This document shows, piece by piece, positions 1 to 9,362 of a stretch of 64,000 bases of DNA; position 1 is the stretch's first letter, and every line of letters starts with the position of its first letter. The position numbers and the translations under genes are program-made. The notes under the pieces were generated by a model. The model ran no database searches and was not told the origin of the DNA. It was given only the letters and a program-made list of their open reading frames with translations. The DNA comes from an uncultured candidate division Zixibacteria bacterium (GTDB lineage: Bacteria; Zixibacteria; MSB-5A5; UBA10806), in the NCBI GenBank assembly GCA_963801605.1, contig CAWDFP010000007.1:32001-96000 (forward strand). The letters run 5' to 3'.

Positions 1-355
1 GCCTGGCTATAATATCAATTCCATCCTGCCAGGCGCCTGCCAAAATAGTCGTCATTCCGGTGATTACGAACAATAAAAGATTTATCCAGGGGAATTTTCT
101 TTTTTCAATTTGCCCCGGAGACATCAACCGTACAATCAATTCCGGTTCGGTAGAGATTACCTCCGCTTTATACCCTAAATATTCCAGCCTCGATTCTATT
201 TCAATTCTCATACCCGAAAGCAGGATTATCGGTTTGCCTTTAAGCAGAATTTCACGCTTGGATACATAAACGGCTGTAACCTCGGCGATACCGATTAACG
301 ATTCCGCTATTTGTTGCGTCATGTCGTACGTAATATCAACTTCCTTTATTTTCAT
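1..355 (-). CDS. Site-2 protease (peptidase M50) family membrane protein, N-terminal part; runs off the window start
   Basis: Manual translation from ATG at 355: MKIKEVDITYD...KRKFPWINLLLFVITGMTTILAGAW. The 'W.NLLLF..T..TT..AG' segment is typical of the first TM of M50 proteases. The HExxH motif would lie outside the window. Confidence 0.6.
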   Translation of the reverse strand, partial: MKIKEVDITYDMTQQIAESLIGIAEVTAVYVSKREILLKGKPIILLSGMRIEIESRLEYLGYKAEVISTEPELIVRLMSPGQIEKRKFPWINLLLFVITGMTTILAGAWQDGIDIIAR

Positions 356-495
356 ACTAAAAAGTATCGCCCCATTAACCAATAATACTGTGATAATATA
401 CGGTTTCTTTTATTATAGACAAACTCAGATTAATTGTTTGCCGTTCCTGTGTTTAATGCCCCCGATACCCCACGAATGATCGGCTAAAATTAAGA

Positions 496-523
496 TTGAC
501 AATCATATCAACATGGTTATTTT
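496..523 (+). promoter_or_regulatory. sigma70-type promoter for the M14 peptidase
   Basis: TTGACA-16 nt-TATTTT; SD GGGAG before ATG 556. Confidence 0.5.
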
Positions 524-555
524 ACATTCAGCCAACTTTATAACGGGAGTTATTC

Positions 556-3500
556 ATGAAACGCCTTTGTTCAGCAGCTTTGTTCGCAATCATCCTCACC
601 GGCGCAGTTATACTGCATGCGGAAATCTACAAACAAGTCAGGATATCCTATCCGGATAAGCCGGTATTATTAAAAATAGTTCAACTTGGACTGGAGCCGA
701 TAGCCGGCCAGGCTGGGACTTATCTCGATTTTGCCATCCCGGAGCATGACATGCCCGGCTTTATTGGCCTGGGGATTCCTTATACCGTCATCCACGATGA
801 TTTAACCGCTTTTTATCAAAGCCGCAATCCCGTTGGGACCACCATGGGTGGATATAGGACATTTCTCGAGATGGTCGCTGTAATGGATTCCCTGGCCAAC
901 GCTTATCCAAACTTTTGCACGCCCAAATTTCATATTGCTACTACCACCGAGGGACGGTCAATTTGGGTGATGAAAATCTCTGATAATCCTAATATCGATG
1001 AGGACGAAACGGAGCTTTTTGTTTCGGGCCTGATTCACGCCAGAGAACCGATAACCGGAGAAATTTGCCTGGAGTTCATGAGATATATCTTAGTTAATTA
1101 CGGAACCGATGCTATCGCTACGGACCTTATCAATAATTATGAGCTATTTTTCTGCCCCGTTTTGAACCCCGATGGGTATGAATATAACCGGCAGACCGAT
1201 CCTGGCGGCGGAGGTATGTGGCGTAAAAACAGGCGCAATAATGGGGATGGTAGCTATGGGATCGATCTGAACCGCAATTTCAGCTATTTCTGGGGTTATG
1301 ACAATAATGGTTCTTCGCCTTATACTGGGGACGAAACCTATCGAGGCTTATCCCCGGCCTCGGAACCGGAGATCTCTGGTGTTCAGGATTTTATAAATAG
1401 CCATAATTTTGCATTAGTCCTTAATTATCATGCTTATGGTAATTACTTTTTATTTCCCTGGGGCTACTATGATGCCCAATGCGATGATTATAGTTTTTAT
1501 GATACCCTCGCCGCTTATGCCCAATCTGTGGGTTATAGCGTCGGAGCGCCGTGGCAGCTTCTATACAATACCAACGGTGATATAGGAGATTGGGGCTATG
1601 GCGAGGACAGACTCCATAAAAAAACCTTCTCTGAGGTAATCGAGGTCGGAGGCGATGCTGACGGTTTCTGGCCGCCGCAGAACCGTATCGCTCCCTTGAT
1701 CCAGCAAAATATCGGCATTATGAAAGATCTCCTGCCGCGAGGCCTGGCATCTTATAGACGAAGATTGCCTCAAATGCCAACCGTCGTATCGCCATCCGCA
1801 GCGACTCCTGACAGCCCATTCTACCTGCATTGGCAGGGCTCAACCACCGACACTTTCAACCTGGCAACCAGCTATCGAGTCACCACGCTGGCCGATTATT
1901 CTCGTGCTACTCAGACTTTCGAAACAACTTCAGGGTACTCCCTTGATGGTTTTACTCGAAATAACACCATTCGTCATAGCGGGACTTACAGCGCCTTCTC
2001 CGGAACCGGAGTAAATAATATCCGCTATTACGTAACCATAGCGGAGCGACTTAAAGTCCAGGACGGGGACAGCCTGACTTTCTGGACCCGCTACAGTCTC
2101 GAACCCGATTACGATTACGCCTATGTACAGGTCTCAACCGATGGCGGTGTCTCCTGGTGGGAAATTGAGGGTAACCTTTCGACGACAACGAATCCTCATC
2201 GGCACAACAAGGGATTTGGAATTACTGGAAGCTCCAGCGGCAACTGGGTACGGGGAGTCTTTCCGTTGGGGACTTATGCCGGTCAGGAAATTAAAATCCG
2301 ATTTGCATACTGGACTGACGCCAGTGTTACCAGCGATGGAATTTATATTGATGACATTTACCCCTGCGATACCTATGCCACCTCTGCAGTCCTTGCCGAA
2401 AATGTTAATGCTGAGAGTTTGCTAGTGGGGCCATATGTCTTGGGAACTCGATGGTTTAAGGTCGAGTCTCGCGACGCTAACTCGCAAATTGGACCGCCGT
2501 CGGAGAGATTTCAAGTATCGCTCCAGGGGGATGTTTTTGCTTTGAATGGCCACGTGGCATTATCAAATTCGCCCGGAGATTTATCGGGAACTATCGTTAG
2601 TATAACCTCATTAGGCCTTGCAGATACAACCGATACTTCAGGCAGCTACAGTCTTCAAACGATTCCGCAGGGAACCTATAATATCAATGCTGCCCATGCT
2701 GGATATTATCCCGACACGGTTTTCGCCTTCGTCCTATCCCATGATAGTACCTTAAGCTTTAATCTCGAACATCATGCCCCCGACGACTCCCGGGCTTAAT
2801 CTTCCTGCCAACAATTCAACACTTGATACGGCTTATGCTAACTTTGATTGGTCCGATGTTCCAACTGCCGACCGCTATGTGTTTGAACTAGCTGGAGATC
2901 AAAACTTCACAAATATTATCTTTTTCGATTCCACGCTAACAAACTCCAACTACCAAAATACAAATCCTTTTGCCAACGGGTCATTCTATTGGAGAGTAAC
3001 GGCCTTCAATCAGGCAGGCTACTCCTCGCGCTCGACGGCCTGGAGATTTAATATCAACGTGATTCTGCAGGCGCCAGTCTTAATCGCTCCAATCAATAAC
3101 TTTGTGTCAACCTTGCCATTTATCAATTTCAATTGGAATAGCCTGGGACAAGGAGTCCAATATTTATTCGAGCTTTCCCGGAATCAGCAATTCACCGATA
3201 TGGTTATCGTCGATTCGGCCCTGACTACCGCCAATTTCACGAATGCCTCGCCGCTCGCAAACGGCGTTTATTTCTGGCGTATAAAAGGCACGGATGGAGT
3301 ACGATGGTCGCCATATTCGGATATTTGGGGCTTTTCCGTTGATGCCGGGGGCAGCTATATTCCCGGCGACGCTAATAATTCTGGTGTGGTAAATGGGCTT
3401 GATGTTATTTATCTTGTAAATTACTTGAAAGGAGGGGGACCAGCGCCCTCACCTTACTTGGCAGGGGATGCCAACGGCAGTTGCGACGTTAACGGTCTTG

Positions 3501-3568
3501 ATGTTGTATATCTGGTGAACTTCTTCAAAGGCGGACCCTTTCCATTCGGAGGCGATTGTAAGGATTAG
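556..3568 (+). CDS. Secreted M14 zinc carboxypeptidase (carboxypeptidase T-like) with accessory beta-sandwich domains and a C-terminal dockerin-like repeat; split by an apparent +1 frameshift near 2770
   Basis: Signal peptide; HARE Zn motif, DLNRNF, LNYHAY, catalytic-region VIEVG. ORF 556-2799 joins ORF 2774-3568 if one base is removed (gaa-c-atc-atg-ccc gives E-I-M-P-P). Duplicated GDANxSxxVNGLDVxYLVNxxKGG at the C-terminus. Confidence 0.85.
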
Positions 3569-3605
3569 GTCAATTTCGGGCGCTGTCTGCCGAATAATTT
3601 CTTAG

Positions 3606-4955
3606 ATGGCAGATTTAGAAGAACGTGATAAAAAAATAGACCCGGTCGCCAAGCCGGGCCTCGAGGAATCACCGGTCGCAAACCATATTGGCGTCCTTAC
3701 CGACGCCAACAAAAGTCTGCGGCGCAAAATCTTCGATCTTTATACTATTTTCGAAATTTCGCGGCATCTCAATTCCATGCTGAATGTGGAATCGCTTCTT
3801 GATGCCACTCTGTTTACCTGTATCGGCCAGATGGGAGTTGCTGGCGCCGCCATCATTGTTCAGGACCCCAAAGATAACAAACTATCGCATTTTCATTTTA
3901 AGGGATTGACCCTGCCCAAAGACGTTTCTATCAAGTTTTCCCGGGTGGGCCGGCTGGCTCGCCATCTGCAGCGCGTTGGCCAGCCCCAGCTAATCGGCGA
4001 ATTGGATGAAGCTGTCCCGCCCGATACCGAGGATTATTCCAAGCTGAGAATCGTTGAGGCCGAGCTTATCGTGCCGCTTATTTCCAAGGCGAATCTGTTG
4101 GGAATACTATTTTTGCCCCGCAAACTTTCGGGCCTGCCATATCAGGAAAACGATTTAGAATTTGTTTCCATTCTGGTGAATCAGCTAAGCGTGGCAATCG
4201 TTAATGCGCATCTTTATCAGAGCGAAACGGACGCCCTGGTAGAGCTCCGGTCGGCCCAAAAGAGGTTAATTGAATCTGAAAGACTGGCCGCCTTGGGACG
4301 GTTGGCCGCCTCGATCGCACATGAAGTCAATAATCCGCTGGGAATAATAAAAAATTACCTGACGATCATATCAAAATCAGCGGGAGCTTCCGACGATATT
4401 AAAAGCAATATTGCCGTAGTTCACGAGGAGGTTGACCGTATCGCCAGGATCGTCCGGCAATTGCTCGATTTCTACCGCCCGGCCCTGGAGCAGCAGGTGG
4501 AAATTAATGTCATCGAGGTTCTTAACTCTACTTTGGATCTAACCGCCCAAAAACTTCATAGCCAGGATATTCAGATAATTCGGAATTTCGAACAGGGTGA
4601 CATTAAAGTTAATGGCTCGCCCAATAAATTAAAACAGGTATTCCTTAATCTGATCCTCAACTCTCGCGATGTTATGCCGCAGGGGGGAAGCCTTACCGTG
4701 ACTGCAATTCGTCGCGATGGTTTTGCCGAAATTGATTTTTCCGATACCGGAACAGGAATAGAATCAACTGAATTACCTCATATCTTTGAGCCATTCTATA
4801 CCACCAAAAAAGAATCAGGTACCGGATTGGGCCTGGCCGTTTGCCATGGAATTATAACATCCCATAACGGCACTATCTCGGCATTCAACAACGGTAATGG
4901 CGGGGCTACGTTCACCATAAAATTGCCACTTTCAACCAAGATAAAAAATGACTGA
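3606..4955 (+). CDS. GAF-domain sensor histidine kinase
   Basis: GAF (LIVPLISK...NDLEF..ILVNQLSVAI.NA), H-box IAHEVNNPL, N-box NLILNS, DTGTGI, FEPFYTTK, GTGLGL. Confidence 0.92.
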   Translation: MADLEERDKKIDPVAKPGLEESPVANHIGVLTDANKSLRRKIFDLYTIFEISRHLNSMLNVESLLDATLFTCIGQMGVAGAAIIVQDPKDNKLSHFHFKGLTLPKDVSIKFSRVGRLARHLQRVGQPQLIGELDEAVPPDTEDYSKLRIVEAELIVPLISKANLLGILFLPRKLSGLPYQENDLEFVSILVNQLSVAIVNAHLYQSETDALVELRSAQKRLIESERLAALGRLAASIAHEVNNPLGIIKNYLTIISKSAGASDDIKSNIAVVHEEVDRIARIVRQLLDFYRPALEQQVEINVIEVLNSTLDLTAQKLHSQDIQIIRNFEQGDIKVNGSPNKLKQVFLNLILNSRDVMPQGGSLTVTAIRRDGFAEIDFSDTGTGIESTELPHIFEPFYTTKKESGTGLGLAVCHGIITSHNGTISAFNNGNGGATFTIKLPLSTKIKND

Positions 4956-7038
4956 ACGAAGAATACTTGTCATAGATGATGAACCTCGCATGGTGGATAG
5001 CCTGAAGACTCTCCTGACTATGGAAGGGTACCAGGTTATCGGCGAACATGATCCTCAAAAAGCCCTCAAGCGTCTTGATGAACTGGATTTCGATCTTATT
5101 ATTACTGATATAAAAATGCCGGTGTATGATGGTATAGATATCCTTACTCGCGCTCACTCCAAAGACCCCTTTATGGGTGTGATCCTTATCACCGGCTACG
5201 CCTCCCTCGACAGCGCCAGGCTGGCAATCGATAAGGGCGCCTTTGGCTACTTGACTAAGCCCCTGGAAATGGATGAGCTGAAGTTAGCCGTTGCTCAGAG
5301 TATCGAGAAACGCCAGATCGAACTCGAGCGTTTGAAGCTCTTGAATGAGCTTAAAGTAGCGAATGAGACTCTTGAGCTTAAGTTGGCTCAAATCAATGCC
5401 TTATCGGCGGCGGGCAATCTCCTGGCCACAACCATCGATCTTAGGGAGGCTCTAACCTCAATCCTCTCCTTGGCCATTGACGTCATTGGCGCCAAGATGG
5501 GTTCTGTAATGATTCTGGACCCCCATAAAAGCGAGCTCTATATCGGTGCGTCTTGCGGCCTGGAGGACAGCGTGGTGCAATCTACCAGGATGAAGGTTGG
5601 CTCTTCTATTTCGGGTTATGTAGCTCAAACCGGTCGGGCGCTCATAATCGGTGATATCGAAAAAGATCCCAGGTTTGCCCGCATCAACCGTCAAAAATAC
5701 GAATCTAAATCGCTGATTTCGGTACCGCTTATTTATAAAGATCAGATCTTCGGAGTCATCAATCTCAATAATAAACTTAACGGTAAGCCGTTTACTCAGG
5801 ACGATCTTTCGATGTTAGTCTCATTGGGCCTTCCGGCGGCGGTGGCTATCGACCGGGCCAATCTTATCGCCGACAAGACTCGGACTATCAATGAACTGAC
5901 CGTTCTTCACGGCCTGGCGGAGAAAGTTTCGATGCTTGATGATCCGGCCAAAATCGGGCAGGCAACATTTGAGGGTTTAGAGCAGCTATTTAATATCGAG
6001 TTTATTATATGGTATGATTATTATGAACGGGGCGGTCAATTACAATTGGAGTTTTCCTTCGGGAAATTGCCGAATAAAACTATCCCGCCATCGGTCAGGA
6101 CCATTGAGTTGGGACATGAACCGATTGTATTGGGAGATAAATCTAATATTCAATCGATGGAAACAGCGTTAGCGGAAAATATCAGGAATTTTGTAGGCGA
6201 CTATCAGGCTCAGATTATTCCACTTTCGATCTTTTTGAAACGTTCACTCGCGGGTGTGGCTGTTCTGGCTTTCCCGGCCGATTTTCAATTCACATCAACT
6301 CTTAAGGAATTGGCGGTCTTAGCCCTTTCGCAGACTGCCGCCATCTACCAGCGCCAGCGCGCCGTGCTCAATGCTGCCCAGTTAGTCACTATGGGCAAGC
6401 TCCTGGCCGATATCGGTCACGACCTTAGAAAACCCTTGACTAATCTTAAGGGAAGTATTCAAATTTATAAAGACAAGATCGAGGGTAAAAAGGCCAGGGA
6501 GTTCTTTCCGGAAGCTGAAAAAGAGGTTAACCGCTTGTCGGAATTGGTCAAGGAAATGGTTGAGTTCGCCAATCCCAATAAATACCAGACCCGCAAGGTC
6601 TGTATTACCGATCTTTTGGAAAAGAGTCTGGATCTCCTAAAATCCGATGTAAAAAATAAGGAGATCAAGATTGTCCGCGAGTACGAACCGGGCTTGCCCT
6701 CAGTTATGGTTAACGAACGAGAAATGTATCAGGTTTTCGTTAACATTATCCTAAATGCTGTCGATAGTATGGAGACAGGGGGGACGCTCGGGCTGAAGTG
6801 TGAACTTGTGTCAAATGATGGCGAAAATTGGATTCGATTGCATGTGGAAGATACCGGTTGCGGGATACCAGAGGACAATTTGAACCGTATTTTTGATCGA
6901 TATTTCACCACCAAACAATCCGGCACCGGGTTGGGCCTGGCAATTGTAGAAAGAATTATTTCAGTGCATAATGGTAAGATAAACGTTAAAAGTGAAGTCG
7001 GAAAAGGCACGGCGATAACAATCGATCTAAGCGTATGA
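4948..7038 (+). CDS. Hybrid REC-GAF histidine kinase
   Basis: N-terminal receiver (ILVIDDE, ITDIKMP, YLTKP), GAF, H-box IGHDLRKPL, HATPase motifs DTGCGI and GTGLGL. Confidence 0.92.
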   Translation: MTERRILVIDDEPRMVDSLKTLLTMEGYQVIGEHDPQKALKRLDELDFDLIITDIKMPVYDGIDILTRAHSKDPFMGVILITGYASLDSARLAIDKGAFGYLTKPLEMDELKLAVAQSIEKRQIELERLKLLNELKVANETLELKLAQINALSAAGNLLATTIDLREALTSILSLAIDVIGAKMGSVMILDPHKSELYIGASCGLEDSVVQSTRMKVGSSISGYVAQTGRALIIGDIEKDPRFARINRQKYESKSLISVPLIYKDQIFGVINLNNKLNGKPFTQDDLSMLVSLGLPAAVAIDRANLIADKTRTINELTVLHGLAEKVSMLDDPAKIGQATFEGLEQLFNIEFIIWYDYYERGGQLQLEFSFGKLPNKTIPPSVRTIELGHEPIVLGDKSNIQSMETALAENIRNFVGDYQAQIIPLSIFLKRSLAGVAVLAFPADFQFTSTLKELAVLALSQTAAIYQRQRAVLNAAQLVTMGKLLADIGHDLRKPLTNLKGSIQIYKDKIEGKKAREFFPEAEKEVNRLSELVKEMVEFANPNKYQTRKVCITDLLEKSLDLLKSDVKNKEIKIVREYEPGLPSVMVNEREMYQVFVNIILNAVDSMETGGTLGLKCELVSNDGENWIRLHVEDTGCGIPEDNLNRIFDRYFTTKQSGTGLGLAIVERIISVHNGKINVKSEVGKGTAITIDLSV

Positions 7039-8438
7039 AAGATGCAACCAACAATCTCGTGAATATCCTCGTAATCGATGATGATCCCAAGGTCTCCTGG
7101 ATTCTATCCGAAGGATTGGGACAAGATTATTGTATCGATAACGCCAGGGATGGCAAAGAGGGGATAAACAAAATTACAAAAACGCCGGCGGGCAAACGGC
7201 CCGAATTGGTATTGCTCGATATCCAGATGCCGGGCATGAACGGCATCGATGTTTTGGAGAAAATTCGAGGAATCGATGAAAATGTCGATGTGATTATGCT
7301 ATCCGGCCACGGCGATACCAAAAACATAGTTGAATCTGTTCGTCGTGGCGCCGCCGAGTTTATCAACAAACCGTTCGATGTACGCGAGGTTGAAATCCAT
7401 ATCCGTTCGGTATTGGAGAAACGCAAACTCAAAGCCGAGCTCTCCCAGCTTCAGGAACGCCTGCGGGAAAGTCAAACCGAGGCCCTTATTGGCGATTCAC
7501 AATCTATGGCCGATGTCCGTAGCCTGATAGAGGAAGTTGCCAATTCGGATCTCACCGTGCTCATTCGCGGCGAATCGGGGACCGGTAAAGAAATTGTAGC
7601 CCGCATGATTCATTCCCGCTCAACGCGCCGTCATGAACCGTTCGTTAAGGTTAACTGCGCCGCGATCCCCCGCGATTTGCTGGAGGCCGAGCTTTTCGGA
7701 TATGAAAAAGGAGCCTTTACCGGCGCCCACAAAACCAAACCCGGACGATTCGAGGTCGCCAATAAAGGAACCATGTTCCTCGATGAAATCGGAGATATGC
7801 CTCTGGAGCTGCAATCAAAGCTGCTTCAGGTACTCGAACAGCAGGAGTTCGTCAGGGTGGGCGGCATCAATAATATTCATGTCGATGTTCGAATTGTGTG
7901 CGCCACCAATAAAAATCTCGAGGATGCTATTTCGCAGGGCGCCATGCGGGATGATCTCTTTTATCGACTTAATGAGATTACCATCAGCTTGCCGCAGCTT
8001 AGAAACCGCCGCGGAGATATCCCGTTGTTAGTCGACCATTTCCTTGAAAAGCTTTCGATTCTCTATGGTAAGCCGCGTAAAGAAATCAAACCTGAGACCA
8101 TGCGTTTACTGCAGGCATTCGATTGGCCTGGCAATGTCCGGCAGCTTGAAAATCTTATCAAGCAGATCGTGGTGCGTTCCGACGAAAATATCATTTATGA
8201 CACTCTCAAAGGACCTATCCCCAATCCCGGCGGCCGCAAAGGTCCGATTCTCGATATAGACGATGACGATTTTACCATGAAAGGCAAGGTTGAAAGCGCC
8301 ATTTCCGAGGTTGAGAAGATTATGATTACAAAGGCGCTTCATAAAACCAACTGGAATCGCCGAAAAGCGGCCAAACTCCTTGATATCAGCTACCGGTCGC
8401 TGTTATACAAAATCAAGGACTATAAAATAATCGATTAA
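7035..8438 (+). CDS. sigma54-dependent response regulator (NtrC/AtoC family)
   Basis: REC domain, GESGTGKE, GAFTGA, FLDEIG, WPGNVRQL, Fis-type HTH. Confidence 0.95.
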   Translation: MKDATNNLVNILVIDDDPKVSWILSEGLGQDYCIDNARDGKEGINKITKTPAGKRPELVLLDIQMPGMNGIDVLEKIRGIDENVDVIMLSGHGDTKNIVESVRRGAAEFINKPFDVREVEIHIRSVLEKRKLKAELSQLQERLRESQTEALIGDSQSMADVRSLIEEVANSDLTVLIRGESGTGKEIVARMIHSRSTRRHEPFVKVNCAAIPRDLLEAELFGYEKGAFTGAHKTKPGRFEVANKGTMFLDEIGDMPLELQSKLLQVLEQQEFVRVGGINNIHVDVRIVCATNKNLEDAISQGAMRDDLFYRLNEITISLPQLRNRRGDIPLLVDHFLEKLSILYGKPRKEIKPETMRLLQAFDWPGNVRQLENLIKQIVVRSDENIIYDTLKGPIPNPGGRKGPILDIDDDDFTMKGKVESAISEVEKIMITKALHKTNWNRRKAAKLLDISYRSLLYKIKDYKIID

Positions 8439-8720
8439 GCTGTCAATTACGCGATCCCATTGACTTCGTAAAATATTAGCCTTCAGGTTATCCGCTATAA
8501 ATCATTGTATTATAAGGCTGTTATCATTATTCATATTGAAAAAAAGAGCCAATCCGGACATTTATATGAAAGTTTTTGCATTTTGCAAAACTCATTATTA
8601 AGTATTATTATCATTATATATTATAGCGTCTTAGCGTCACCTTTCATAATATCAAATATGTTATTGGGTTGATAATATTCCCTGCAATTGCCTATTAGAT
8701 AATATGATAACCATGGAATA

Positions 8721-8737
8721 ACGGCACCCAATTTGCA
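8721..8737 (+). promoter_or_regulatory. sigma54 (-24/-12) promoter
   Basis: acGGCACccaatTTGCA has exact GG-N10-GC spacing and matches TGGCAC-N5-TTGCW except at the first base; AT-rich upstream region. Confidence 0.75.
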
Positions 8738-8793
8738 GTATAATATTGTGGGACCGGGACCACGCCTCAGGCGGGATTGTACGTTTGTCCCAA

Positions 8794-9270
8794 ATGTGTA
8801 TGCCAAAAAAGCTAAAAAACATCCTTGATGCTGATCGGCTCTATAAAGACCCAATGGCATTTAAGGCGCGAGCGCTTGAAGAGATAAAGCGCGCTAAACG
8901 CTATGCTACTTTTGTCTCTATGATCGCCCTGGACCTGACGCATATAGATGCTTTCAGCGATATCGAAAAGTTTAAAAGCTACGAAGACTTTATCGCATCA
9001 TTTAGGAAACTCATAAGGGGCTCAATCCGAGAAACCGACATACTTGGCATTTATAATAGAAACAGGGCCTTTATCCTTCTCTTAGATACTCCTCGCGAAG
9101 GGGCCGAGGTTCTTGAGGAACGACTTAAAACAGCGCTTCGTTATTTCATGGCCGGTTATATTAAATCGCCCTTAAACTGGCATGTGCCCATGAAAGAATA
9201 CAGCTTCCCCAATGCCTCGAATGACGATTTAGGCTTCCAGGCTTTTATCGATAATATAGACGAGAACTGA
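8794..9270 (+). CDS. Stand-alone degenerate GGDEF-fold protein (I-site RxxD kept, GGDEF replaced)
   Basis: EEIKRAKRY...VSMIALDL...SIRETDILGIYNRNRAFILLLDT..EGA..L.ERL aligns to a GGDEF domain. Start chosen at ATG 8794/8800, downstream of the sigma54 promoter. Confidence 0.75.
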   Translation: MCMPKKLKNILDADRLYKDPMAFKARALEEIKRAKRYATFVSMIALDLTHIDAFSDIEKFKSYEDFIASFRKLIRGSIRETDILGIYNRNRAFILLLDTPREGAEVLEERLKTALRYFMAGYIKSPLNWHVPMKEYSFPNASNDDLGFQAFIDNIDEN

Positions 9271-9322
9271 AATATTATCGCACTCCCTAACCTTCTATAA
9301 TCCATACTAAAACTCTGTTATA

Positions 9323-9351
9323 TTGACATGGTTGGTATTATTGATTAGTAT
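9323..9351 (+). promoter_or_regulatory. sigma70-type promoter
   Basis: TTGACA-17 nt-TAGTAT, ending 11 nt before ATG 9363. Confidence 0.55.
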
Positions 9352-9362
9352 TCAAAAAGTTT

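Noticed and set aside
8640..8667. dif-like ACCTTTCATAA-TATCAA-ATATGTTATTG
   Set aside because: The XerD arm has several mismatches; it sits in AT-rich regulatory DNA where chance matches are likely.
9271..9362. SAM riboswitch upstream of yitJ
   Set aside because: No S-box motifs, and the predicted promoter leaves only a few nucleotides of leader.
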